A stretch of 64,000 nt of DNA from Rhodanobacteraceae bacterium (GTDB lineage Bacteria; Pseudomonadota; Gammaproteobacteria; Xanthomonadales; SZUA-5), in NCBI GenBank assembly GCA_016717705.1, contig JADKFD010000036.1, forward strand, positions 129-64,128. Reading direction: 5' to 3'. Below the pieces are notes generated by a model. That model did not search any database and had not been told where the DNA came from. It saw nothing but the letters and a program-made list of their open reading frames with translations. Positions 9,271 to 18,410 of this stretch are shown in pieces (the stretch's first letter is position 1; every line of letters begins with the position of its first letter). The position numbers and the translations under genes were made by a program.

Positions 9271-9301
9271 AAGCACGCTTTGGCGCCCAAAGCGCTCACG
9301 T
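9271..9301 (-). promoter_or_regulatory. conserved 31-nt box, copy 2 (AAGCACGCTTTGGCGCCCAAAGCGCTCACGT on + strand)
   Basis: 27/31 identical to 3542-3572. It is internally palindromic (CGCTTTGGG.GCCAAAGCG) and lies upstream of ATG 9159. Confidence 0.3.
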
Positions 9302-9373
9302 CGACCTCAAGATGCGTCCACGCAATTGGGCGACCGCCTATGGCAAACCGGGTGAGGCGGAAAATGGGTGGAT

Positions 9374-9507
9374 GGAACCCGCACGCGCCTCATCGTGAGG
9401 ATTCCACCGCTTGCTGCGAGCGTGTCGACGGTTGGACGGCGGAATCCGCGCACGGATTCGACGGTGGAACCGCAAACTCAGGTGGCGCGGCTTTCGCCTG
9501 GGCCTAC
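9374..9507. repeat. ~135-nt structured intergenic repeat, copy B
   Basis: Homologous to 4607-4743, with the same stem-forming arms (GGATTCCACCGC / GGCGGAATCC). It lies between two giant secreted-protein genes. Confidence 0.7.
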
Positions 9508-9632
9508 TGGACCCACCAACGCTACGCCCGGATCATCGTGCGCGAGGTGCAGCCGGCCGATGCGGGACCCGGCAACACTTAGAAGAGCTGCCGGGTCGAT
9601 TGGCGGTCACGATTGACGGAAACGCCGTCGGT

Positions 9633-12102
9633 TCACTCCAGGCCGTTGGCAAAGATCTGCTGCGCCTGCACGGTGACGCATGAAGAGAACTCGCTGGTAT
9701 TGCCCTCCGGATCCGTCGCGGTGGCGGTGACCACGGATCCGAGCGGCAGATCGGCAAGCGCGATCGAGGCCTGACGTTGTTCGCTGGAGATGCCGCCCAG
9801 GTTGATCGTCAGCGTCAGCAGGTGATCTTCGCCCTCGCCGTTGCCACTGCTGTCGCAGGCCGCTGAGCGGTAAAACTCGAAGTAATAGGGCAGCTGGCGT
9901 GGAGTGGTCGGCACGTCGAGGCGAAAATCCACTTCGACGGAAGCGCCGTCGACCACCGCACGCTGCAGTTCCGGGAAGTTCTGCAGTCCGTTGGGGCCAG
10001 TGTCGATGTCGTCCGGGTCATTGGCGGTGACGCCAACGGCGCCGAGATCGATGCCGAGGAAAGCGCTGGCCAGAATCGAGTTGTGGCGCACGCTGAGCGG
10101 TGCGAAACCCACCGTTGAGTGCTTCACGCCCACGTTGTTTCCGCGGATCAGATTGGCGCCCTCGGGCGTTCCGTCGCCAACCAGCACCGGCGCCTTCGAC
10201 GTGGACGGCACGATGGTTTGCACCCCGATGGCATTGCTCAGGGTCGGACGGCCGATCTCGTTGCGGAGAATGCGCGCGCCCGCCTCTCTGACAATGACGC
10301 CGGAGGACTGCCCACCTGCGATCAGATTGCTCTGCGCGGTCAAGTTTTCCGCCGATCAGTGCATTGCTGGCGCCCGCGGCAACCACCACGGCGTTGGTGT
10401 GCGCGTGGCGCACGCTCGCCGTGGCATTGGTGCCGATGATGCATCCCTGCACCGCGACGGAGGCCGCCTGCACACTCACCGAGGCGCTGTCGAAACGGTT
10501 GATCACCAGCCCGCGCACCACGCTTTGTGCGCCCTGCAGGACCAGCCCGGTGGCCGAGACGCCCGCCGCGACACCATTGAGTTCGATGCGCAGTTGCGCA
10601 TTGCCCGGCAGCGTGGTCGCCGTATTCACCGCCGCGCCCGGCTGGGTGTAGCCATCGATCAGCGTCTGTCCGGTCAGCGCCGGCAGCGGCGAGGTCGGGG
10701 CGATGCTCTGCACACCGGCGGCGGGGATGTTGAAGTGGATGCGGTCGGCGCCAGCCTGGGCATTCGCTGCGATGATCGCCTCGCGCAGGCTGCAGTCGGC
10801 GTTACACACGCCATCGGAGGTGTCGGCGGTCTTGCTGACGACGAAGGGCGCCGGCTCGGTGAGCGCCAGGCACGGCGAGAACTCCGAGCTATTGCCCTGG
10901 TTGTCGGTGGCGGTCAGCGTGATGAAGGCGCCGAACGGAATCGGCCTGGCACTGGTGATGTTGCCGGAGAAGCTCTCCACGCTGCCGTTGGCCGAGGCGA
11001 AGGACAAGGTTCCGAGCGCGATCTCGCCGCTGCGGTGCGTGGCGCTGTCGCAACTGCTGCTGGCAAAGGCGCTGATGGTGTAAATCATGAAAAGGTTGCC
11101 GGCGGGGCGATCCAGCGTGCCGCTGATCGAGATGCCGCTGGCGCTGCGCGTGGCGGCCGTCGGCAGCGGGTGGTTCTGCAGGTTGTTGGAGCCGCTGTCG
11201 GCGTCGTCGGGATCGTTCGCGGTGATGCCATCGGTGGTGCTGCCGGACGCCAGGTCGATGCCGAGGCCGCCCAGGTCTTCGAAATCGTTGTTGCCCAGGT
11301 TGACCCGGTTTGCCGACTGCAGCACGGCGATGCCGGTGGTGGAGCCCATCAGGCGATTGGCGCGCAGTGTGCCGATCAGCGTCTGGTCGGCGGCCGCCGG
11401 ACCGTTCACGCGGATACCGACGGTTCCGCTCGACAGGACGAGGGGACGCCCGTGGCGATCGCCACCGATCACGTTGCCATCGATCACCGCACCCACGGCG
11501 TTCACGTCGATGGCGAAGAATCCGGCGATCAGATTGCGATCGGCCGGCTGCGTGCCGCCGATGGTGGCAGCCGGGATGCTCAAGCCCAGTCCGCCGGTGG
11601 TGCTGGGCTTGCTGACCCCGTCTGCGCGCAAGCCGATGAAATTGCCACGCACGGTCACCGCACCAGGATTGGGGCAAGTGGCTTGCAGCGCCAGATCGTC
11701 ACCAATGAAGCCGGACAGCGACAATCCGCGCACCAGCGTGGGCCCGCCGCACACGCGCAGCCCGGTGCCCGCACCGTTGCCGTCCAGTTCGATCAGGATC
11801 ACCGCATTGCTGCCCTCGGCCAGGGTGTTGGGAGCCGCGCCCGGCTGGGTGTAGCCGTCGATCGTCAGCGCTTCGGTGACGGTGCCGAAGCCGATGCCAC
11901 TGGGCTGGATCCGGTGCGGTCCGTTGCCCGGGATGGCGAAGGCGATGGTATCGGCACCGGCGGCGGCGTTCGCTGCATCGACGGCTTCGCGCAAGCTCCC
12001 GGCGCCAAGTCCGGCTGTGGTGGTCACGGTGAAGGTTGCAGCGGCGATCGTGGTGGTCGACAGACACAGCAGGCAGGCGAGCACGGTGTGCGGCAGGCGC
12101 AT
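9633..12102 (-). CDS. secreted double-module beta-helix protein (CSLREA / choice-of-anchor-Q-like), frameshifted as sequenced
   Basis: ORFs 10018..12264(-) and 9633..10343(-) join if one A is removed from the A4 run (T4 at 10345-10348): ...ASNALIGG(N)LTAQSNLIAGG.... Start at ATG 12102 with signal MRLPHTVLACLLCLSTTTIAAA. There are two modules. Each has GSLREAVDAANAAAGADTIAF / CSLREAIIAANAQAGADRIHF, then beta-helix-like repeats, then ANDPDD.D.G.N.LQN.P, then an Ig-like ATD..GN(S/T)SEFS.C. Ends QQIFANGLE. Confidence 0.8.
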
Positions 12103-12452
12103 GGCGGCAAATCCCGTTGGGTGACGGGTCAACGCTATCGCTTCGAAGCGGCCGGCATTGCACATCAGGTTGCCAGCGGTTGTCCGGATGATGCAAATCA
12201 CGCCTGCGCGGCCCGATCGGGTTCCGCTGGAGCCTGGATGACGCCTGCCCGCTGTGTCTAGCACGGCTGCGGGCCGCGACAGCGTAGCCGGGCCACATGC
12301 ACCGCCCCGGGGCGCGCTTCTGGGTGCGCCAATCGCGCGCGAGATTGACCAGAATGCGCCATATCATGGTCTCTGCCGGACAGCGACCGGCGACGGCAGG
12401 CTTGCGGCTCGTGCCGCGTCGATCAGCAAATCCGTATCTGGAAAGGGAATCG

Positions 12453-13400
12453 ATGCACCCACGCAACCGCCACCAGGATCGCTACGAGTTCACCCGGCTG
12501 ACCCGCGAGCTGCCGGCTTTGAAGCCCTTTGTGGTGCGCACGCCAGACGGCCAGCCAAGCATCGACTTTGGCGATCCGACGGCAGTGCGCATGCTCAACA
12601 GGGCACTGATGCAAAGCCAGTACGGCATTGCCGGTTGGCAGTTCCCGGCGGGCTATCTGTGCCCACCGATCCCCGGACGTGCCGACTACCTGCACGGTCT
12701 GGCCGACCTGCTGGCGCAGGACAACGGCGGCGCGATCCCGCGCGGCGGCGCGATCTGCGCGCTCGACATCGGCACCGGCGCCAGTTGCATCTATCCCCTG
12801 CTCGGCCATGTCGACTATGGCTGGCGTTTCGTGGGCACGGAGATCGACAGCGCTGCGCTGGCTTCGGCGGCCGCCATCATTGCCGCCAATTCCGGCCTCA
12901 GGGCAGCCGTTGAACTCCGCCTGCAGCCCGATCCGACGCTGATCCTCAAAGGCGTCGTCCAGCCCGGCGAGCGCTTCGACCTGACGCTGTGCAATCCGCC
13001 CTTCCACGCCTCGGCGGCTGAAGCCGCGCAAGGCAGCGCGCGCAAGTGGCAGAACCTGGGCCGCAGCGGCGGCCCCAGATCACGGCCCGCGCGCAATTTC
13101 GGGGGCCACGCCCACGAACTCTGGTGTCGCGGCGGCGAACTCGGCTTCGTGGGTCAGATGATCAAGGAGAGCGCGGAGTTGGCCAGTTCGGTGTACTGGT
13201 TCAGCAGCCTGATCGCCAACGGGGCACATTTGGCGCCGCTGAAGCAGCAGTTGCAAAAAGCCGGCGCGCAGCAGGTGCAATCCGTGGCCATGGCGCAGGG
13301 ACAGAAGCAGAGCCGCTTTCTGGCCTGGACCTTTCTTGATGCCGGGCAGCGCGCGGCGTGGCGACAGCAACGCTGGACCGGTGCTGGCGAGCAGACGTAG
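12453..13400 (+). CDS. rlmF: 23S rRNA (adenine1618-N6)-methyltransferase
   Basis: ORF 12297..13400(+) trimmed to ATG 12453 (GAAAGGGA upstream). MHPRNRHQDRYEF...GYLCPPIPGRADYLH...LDIGTGASCIYPLLG...LCNPPFH are RlmF/YbiN hallmarks. Confidence 0.85.
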   Translation: MHPRNRHQDRYEFTRLTRELPALKPFVVRTPDGQPSIDFGDPTAVRMLNRALMQSQYGIAGWQFPAGYLCPPIPGRADYLHGLADLLAQDNGGAIPRGGAICALDIGTGASCIYPLLGHVDYGWRFVGTEIDSAALASAAAIIAANSGLRAAVELRLQPDPTLILKGVVQPGERFDLTLCNPPFHASAAEAAQGSARKWQNLGRSGGPRSRPARNFGGHAHELWCRGGELGFVGQMIKESAELASSVYWFSSLIANGAHLAPLKQQLQKAGAQQVQSVAMAQGQKQSRFLAWTFLDAGQRAAWRQQRWTGAGEQT

Positions 13401-13427
13401 CGCGGCCCCGGCGCGCGCGTGCCCGGC

Positions 13428-14516
13428 CTACGACAAGGACTCGACGGCAGCGACCATCGGCAGCCGCCGATCCTCGCGCAACATCGACTCGACCTGCGCG
13501 AGCGGCAGCGGCGGGCTGAAGTAGTAGCCCTGGATGTAGTCGCATTGATGCTGCTGCAGCGAATGCAGCTGCGCCAGCGTCTCGACGCCCTCGGCGACCA
13601 CTGCGATCTTCAGGCTGTGAGCCATGCAGATGATCGCCAGCACAATGGCGGAGGCGTCGGCGTTGCGGGTCAGATCGCGGATGAAGGCAATATCGATCTT
13701 CAGCGTATCGATGGGGAATCGCCGCAAATAGGCCAGGCTGGAATAGCCGGTGCCGAAATCGTCGATCGAAATCTGCACGCCGCAGCGACGCAGATTGGTG
13801 AGACTTGCCATCGTGCGCTCGGTGTTGGCCATCAGCGAACTCTCGGTCAGCTCCAGCTCCAGCAATTCTCCGGCGATGCAGTTGTCCTCGATCGCGGCGA
13901 GCGTATCGCCCTCCAGATCGCCTTCGATGAACTGCCGCCCGGACACGTTGACGGACACCCGTACCGGCCCGATATCGGAACGCAGCCATAGACCGATCTG
14001 CTTGCAGGCGGCAGCGATCACCGCCCTGCCGACGCGAATGATCAGTCCGGTGTCTTCCAGTACCGAAATGAACTGCTGCGGCGGCACCAGGCCGTAACCC
14101 GGCCGCTGCCAGCGAATGAGCGCCTCGAACCCGGCGATCCGGCCGCTGTCGATCTGCGCCTTCGGCTGATAGTGCAATACAAACTGGTCATCATCGACAG
14201 CGACGCGCAAGGCAGCCTCAAGCTCCGCGCGCGCCAGAATCTCGACATTCATCTGTGGCGTGAAAAAGCGGAAGGTGTCGCGACCGGCCTGTTTGGCGCG
14301 ATACATGGCCACATCGGAATACTTGATCAGCGTATCGAGATCAGTGGCATCGACCGGATAGATCGCCATTCCGATGCTCGCGGTCACGACCACACGGTTG
14401 CCGTCGAGATTGAACGGCGCACGCAGGATTTCGCGGATGGCGGTCGCCACGTCTCCGGCGCTGTCCTGTCCCTCGCGCAAGGCCAGAGTCAGCGAGAATT
14501 CACTGTTGCAAGGCAT
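13428..14516 (-). CDS. EAL-domain c-di-GMP phosphodiesterase preceded by only the C-terminal half of a GGDEF domain
   Basis: The EAL catalytic set is present: FEALIRW, ELTES, DDFGTGYSSL, KIDIAF, EGVE, QGYYF. The N-terminus begins at a degenerate GGDEF position (CNSEF), followed by ...VTASIGMAIYP...SDVAMYRAKQAGRD. Confidence 0.85.
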   Translation of the reverse strand: MPCNSEFSLTLALREGQDSAGDVATAIREILRAPFNLDGNRVVVTASIGMAIYPVDATDLDTLIKYSDVAMYRAKQAGRDTFRFFTPQMNVEILARAELEAALRVAVDDDQFVLHYQPKAQIDSGRIAGFEALIRWQRPGYGLVPPQQFISVLEDTGLIIRVGRAVIAAACKQIGLWLRSDIGPVRVSVNVSGRQFIEGDLEGDTLAAIEDNCIAGELLELELTESSLMANTERTMASLTNLRRCGVQISIDDFGTGYSSLAYLRRFPIDTLKIDIAFIRDLTRNADASAIVLAIICMAHSLKIAVVAEGVETLAQLHSLQQHQCDYIQGYYFSPPLPLAQVESMLREDRRLPMVAAVESLS

Positions 14517-14877
14517 GCCGGACTTCGGAGATGAAGCTGGCGCGGTTGAAATGGGCCTTCTTGACGATATGGATGGCGCCCCCGTTGTGGTCGCTCAAGG
14601 CTGCGAGATCGAAGGCGGTGACTTCCTTGGCGGTCACCACCAGGATCGGAATCCTGGCGGTCTCGGCGTCGCCGCGCAGCGCCTCGACGACGTCGAAGCC
14701 ACTGATCCCGGGCATCGTCAGGTCCAGCAAGATCAAATCGAGCCGCTTGCGCCGCGCCATGTCGATGGCATCGTTGCCACTGTAGGCGCGCATCACCGCG
14801 TAAGCAGGCGGTGGCAGCAGCGCAGCGATCACCTCAACCGCTTTGGGATCGTCGTCGACCACCAGGATCGAATGCAC
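14500..14877 (-). CDS. response-regulator receiver domain (REC2)
   Basis: ILVVDDDPKAVEVIA...LDLILLDLTMPGISGFDVV...PILVVTAK. It overlaps the EAL ORF by 17 nt in another frame. Its first codon GTG continues in frame from the shifted end of REC1. Confidence 0.8.
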   Translation of the reverse strand: MHSILVVDDDPKAVEVIAALLPPPAYAVMRAYSGNDAIDMARRKRLDLILLDLTMPGISGFDVVEALRGDAETARIPILVVTAKEVTAFDLAALSDHNGGAIHIVKKAHFNRASFISEVRHALQQ

Positions 14878-14921
14878 CAGTTCGGCCGCGGGTTGCAGGC
14901 CGAGTTCAGTCAGCGACGCTT

Positions 14922-15347
14922 TCAGCTGGGCCCGGCCGATCGGCTTCTGCAGACCGCCGCACCGCCGCTGAGCGCCATGTTGGCGTCCGCCGGGCCGGCG
15001 ATCATCACCACCGGCACCCGCGCGAGCGTCGAGTTTTCGCGCAGACGCAACAGAAACTCCCAGCCGCCAGCGCCGGGCAACTGATGATCGAGCGCGATCA
15101 GACTCAGTCGATTGCGCGACGCCAGGAGCAGCGCCGCCTCGGCACTGGCAGCACGCAACACGACAAAACCTTCGTCCTCCAGCAACAGTCGGATCAGAAC
15201 GGCGGTGCGGTCGTCGGACTCGACGACCAGCGCGGTGCGCTCAAAAGCGGAGCTACCGACGGCCTCGCTCATTGCACCCGATGCAAGGATGCCATCGACG
15301 CCGCCGTGCTTTTCGACGACCGCTTCGCTCGAAATCTGACTGGACAT
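14922..15347 (-). CDS. response-regulator receiver domain (REC1), 3' end frameshifted into REC2
   Basis: ALVVESDDRTAVLIRLLLEDEGF...LSLIALDHQLPGAGGWEF...VPVVMIAG. After ...ALSGGAA, the alternative frame reads GLQKPIGRAQLKASLTELGLQPAAELVHSILVVDDD, running straight into REC2. Confidence 0.7.
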   Translation of the reverse strand: MSSQISSEAVVEKHGGVDGILASGAMSEAVGSSAFERTALVVESDDRTAVLIRLLLEDEGFVVLRAASAEAALLLASRNRLSLIALDHQLPGAGGWEFLLRLRENSTLARVPVVMIAGPADANMALSGGAAVCRSRSAGPS

Positions 15348-15705
15348 GGGGCGCCGCGCTCCGGGAATTCGACTGCTCAAGTTCCCTTCGAACCCGTAAT
15401 TCGCCGGGCAGTCGGGTGCGGGCAAGGTCTGCCGCTGCGTCTGCCACCCTGGGGCGAGCGCAACCGTGCAAGAGCGGTTGATTCTGGACGGATACCCACA
15501 GCCGTCTGTGCGCAAGCGAACATTGGGCATCGGCGCGGGCGGCCACGGCACGCGCATCACCTGGAGCGCGCCCGAAACTGCCCGAGTGCGGTTCGCTGCC
15601 GCACCGACCGCGGCGCCAGCGGCGTCTAGTCTGCATCCAGGGACGGAAATCCGCGCCGCTGCGCCCATCATGCCCGCATCAGAAGGCGGGATCAGGAGTC
15701 ACGAA

Positions 15706-15951
15706 ATGATCTGGACCATACTCGTAGGCCTGCTGGCCGGTTTGCTGGCACGCATGCTCAAGCCGGGCAACGATGACATGGGCATCATCATGACGACCGT
15801 GCTCGGCGTCTGCGGCGCCTTCGCCATGACTGCGGTGGGCCGATCGCTGGGCTGGTACGGCCCCGGCGACGCGGCCGGATTCGTCGGCGCTTTTGTCGGC
15901 GCTTTCGTGATCCTGTTGATCATCGGCGTCGTTCGTCGGCGCACCAGCTGA
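15706..15951 (+). CDS. GlsB/YeaQ/YmgE-family stress membrane protein
   Basis: ATG 15706 with AGGAG upstream. An 81-aa protein with Gly-zipper TM helices: MIWTILVGLLAGLLARML...GVCGAFAMTAVG...FVGAFVGAFVILLIIG. Confidence 0.8.
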   Translation: MIWTILVGLLAGLLARMLKPGNDDMGIIMTTVLGVCGAFAMTAVGRSLGWYGPGDAAGFVGAFVGAFVILLIIGVVRRRTS

Positions 15952-15993
15952 ACAACGCAGCGGCGCGCGATGGCACGCCGCTCGCGCGCGAGC

Positions 15994-16812
15994 TTAATCG
16001 CGATTGCGCGGCCCGATCGGCGTCTCCGGCACCGGGTAACCGGCTGCAGTGAACACCTCGACGATCTTGCGGTTGGTGTCGAAATACACCTGCCAGTAAT
16101 GGTCGGTATGGGTGTACGGCCGCACGCAGAGCTTGGGACCTTCCGGGGTGAATTCGAGCAGATCGATATCCGGCGGCGGGTTGCTGCAAACATTGGCGAT
16201 CGACGCGATCGCCGGCTTCAGCCGCGCGATGGCATCGATCGGCGAAACGCTGTTGGCAATCTTGGCCACGCAGTCGACGCGCCGATACGGCAAGGTGCTG
16301 AAGTTCTGGATATTGTCGGCGAAGATCTTGTTGTTGCCGACCACCACGATGGTGTTGTCCGGCGTGACCACTGTGGTGGCGAACAGACCCAGCTCACGCA
16401 CCGTGCCCAGGGTGCCGCCGGCGCAGATGAAATCACCGACGTTGTAGGGGCGCAGCACCTGCATGAAGATGCCGGCGGCAAAACTGCCGAGCATGCCGCT
16501 CCAGGCCGCGCCGATGGCCAGACCAGCACCCGCGAGCAAGGCCGCAAACGACGTCGTCTTGACCCCGAACATCTCCATCAGCGCCAGGATCAGCACGATG
16601 TTCAGCAACACCGAGACGATCGACTTCAGATAGTTGATCAGCGTGATGTCGAGCTTCTTGGCGCGCTCCATCACCGCGCCCATGGCGCGCGTGGCGATGC
16701 CGATCAGCCAGCGACCGACCACCCAGGCGACGATCGCGCCGACAATCTTCAGGCCGATATCGACGCCCTGGGTGCTGAGATAACCCCACGCGCTCTGCAG
16801 ACTGGCTTCCAT
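15994..16812 (-). CDS. mechanosensitive ion channel (MscS family)
   Basis: Three N-terminal TM segments, then LLAGAGLAIGAAWSGMLGSFAAGIFMQVLRPYNVGDFI...GTVRELGLFATTVVTPDNTIVVVGNNKI, the MscS pore and beta-domain signature. Confidence 0.9.
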   Translation of the reverse strand: MEASLQSAWGYLSTQGVDIGLKIVGAIVAWVVGRWLIGIATRAMGAVMERAKKLDITLINYLKSIVSVLLNIVLILALMEMFGVKTTSFAALLAGAGLAIGAAWSGMLGSFAAGIFMQVLRPYNVGDFICAGGTLGTVRELGLFATTVVTPDNTIVVVGNNKIFADNIQNFSTLPYRRVDCVAKIANSVSPIDAIARLKPAIASIANVCSNPPPDIDLLEFTPEGPKLCVRPYTHTDHYWQVYFDTNRKIVEVFTAAGYPVPETPIGPRNRD

Positions 16813-16942
16813 GGTCGTCCTCGAAGTCGTCGCCTATGAAGGTCGACGTTGTAGCTTCTGAATGCGCACGAAGCAAGAGCGCCGGGCGTCGCGCGTAAGG
16901 GGCGTAGCGCACTGGCGAAGCTTGAGGACGCGCGTGCCCGGC

Positions 16943-17740
16943 CTACTTCGGCGGCGAGAGCGCTGGCGGCATGCTGTTCAACAGATTCACCAACGCCGCG
17001 TCGGCGAAATCGACGCGGACCAGCCCGACGCGCGGGAATTCGACGTCGATGATCACGTACAGCACCATGCTGATGGTCAGCGCGAAGGCTACCGCGTGCC
17101 ACACATGGCGCCGGCGCGCCACGCCCATGTTGTAACCGCCGAGGAATCCGCAGACCATGGCCAGACCGACCAGCAGCATGTAGATGATCATCGGCGGGTG
17201 CGTGCGCGCGGCCAGCCAGCGGGTACTGGTGATGTCGATCATCTCGTTGACCGGGTCGAGCACCGCGTCGACGATCGGCGGACCTTGATGCTGTTGCAAC
17301 GCGGCGATGGTGAGTTTCCAGATCTCGTTCTGCAGCCTGGCAGTGTCATCGACCCCGCCCTGAAGCGTGATGGCCGAGGACTTCAGTCGCACTTCCACGT
17401 ACTGTCGGTAAAGATTGCGCAGTTCCGGCTGGCTGTCCGCCGGCAGCAGGCCGATGCGCAGGTAGGCGGTGCCGATGGCGTTGGCTTCGTCGTTGATCAA
17501 CTCGCGGCGATCGCCAAAACGCGAAGCCGCGCCGGAAAAGACGAACGCCAGCAGCAGCCCCAACAGCGCGAACACCGCTGAATCCATCATGGTCGTACCT
17601 TTCTCGGCGCCCTCCGGGTCGCGCAGGACACGCCGGTTGCCGCGTCGCCAACCGAACTCCATGGCGACCAGTATCAGGACAATCAACCCGGCGAGCAGCG
17701 CCAGCACAAGGGCGATCGCGGGGTATTCGGCTGCAAACAT
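16943..17740 (-). CDS. membrane protein, DUF4239-like
   Basis: ORF 16943..17761(-), start set to ATG 17740. Two N-terminal and two C-terminal TM segments flank a helical region. The family call is from memory only. Confidence 0.55.
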   Translation of the reverse strand: MFAAEYPAIALVLALLAGLIVLILVAMEFGWRRGNRRVLRDPEGAEKGTTMMDSAVFALLGLLLAFVFSGAASRFGDRRELINDEANAIGTAYLRIGLLPADSQPELRNLYRQYVEVRLKSSAITLQGGVDDTARLQNEIWKLTIAALQQHQGPPIVDAVLDPVNEMIDITSTRWLAARTHPPMIIYMLLVGLAMVCGFLGGYNMGVARRRHVWHAVAFALTISMVLYVIIDVEFPRVGLVRVDFADAALVNLLNSMPPALSPPK

Positions 17741-17820
17741 GGACAGGCAATCCCGGCACAAATCAACGTTGCCGATTCCACCACGTTAGCCTGACTACGA
17801 GCAAACCTGGCGTCTGCGCA

Positions 17821-18378
17821 ATGGACTCATCGCAGCGCTGGGCGGGGCTGTCGGGTAAAGACGGAAAACCGCCGCCCCGAGTTCTTGGGATAGCGCTGGA
17901 GTGTCTTCTGGCAGCGCTGAGCGGCGGCTGCGATAGCCAAGACGACGCAGCCAGACGCGAGTACTTCAAGGCGCTGGAGCTGAGCAAGACCGGCTTTCCC
18001 GAGGAGCAGCAGCTGGCGCACATCGATCATGCGGGTAAGTTCGCGGGCAACCATGCGCTTGCCGCGGTGCTGCTGATGGAAGGCCGCTTCAATGAAGCCC
18101 TCGGCCTGCTCGACGAGCTGATCGCAACAGCAGACAGTGCACACTCAGGCTTGCCGAAAACCCTGCGCCTGCTGGTGCATGCGGCCATGGATCGGCCCGA
18201 TCTGGTCACCGCGGAGTTCGACGCGCAATCCCTCGCGGCGGCCGAACACTGGCCCGAGATGGGTTATCGATACTGGTTCGTGGTGCGCAATTGCAGCAAT
18301 GCCTTCTTCACCTCCACCGCGGGCGAAGTGCTGGCCAAAGCGCAGGGAATCCTCGCCGCATCAGCGCCCGCTCATTGA
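17821..18378 (+). CDS. hypothetical protein (possible lipoprotein, helical)
   Basis: 185-aa ORF with an LLAALSGGC lipobox-like segment. The composition looks like a real protein. No recognisable family. Confidence 0.5.
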   Translation: MDSSQRWAGLSGKDGKPPPRVLGIALECLLAALSGGCDSQDDAARREYFKALELSKTGFPEEQQLAHIDHAGKFAGNHALAAVLLMEGRFNEALGLLDELIATADSAHSGLPKTLRLLVHAAMDRPDLVTAEFDAQSLAAAEHWPEMGYRYWFVVRNCSNAFFTSTAGEVLAKAQGILAASAPAH

Positions 18379-18410
18379 CCGCTGCCGCGGCCAGCCTGTC
18401 GACGATCGTC

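Noticed and set aside
12200-12225. ECF-type promoter GGAAC-N18-CGT upstream of the beta-helix protein gene (minus strand)
   Set aside because: The spacer is longer than the usual 16-17 nt. The motif is short and expected by chance in GC-rich DNA. It is not shared with the other island genes.
13414-16946. 18-nt identity CGCGCGTGCCCGGCCTAC at 13414-13431 and 16929-16946, each spanning the TAG stop of a minus-strand gene (similar ...GGGC(C)TAC ends at 4743 and 9507)
   Set aside because: Too short and GC-rich to exclude chance. It probably just reflects similar GC-hairpin terminators after TAG stops. It would need a genome-wide count.
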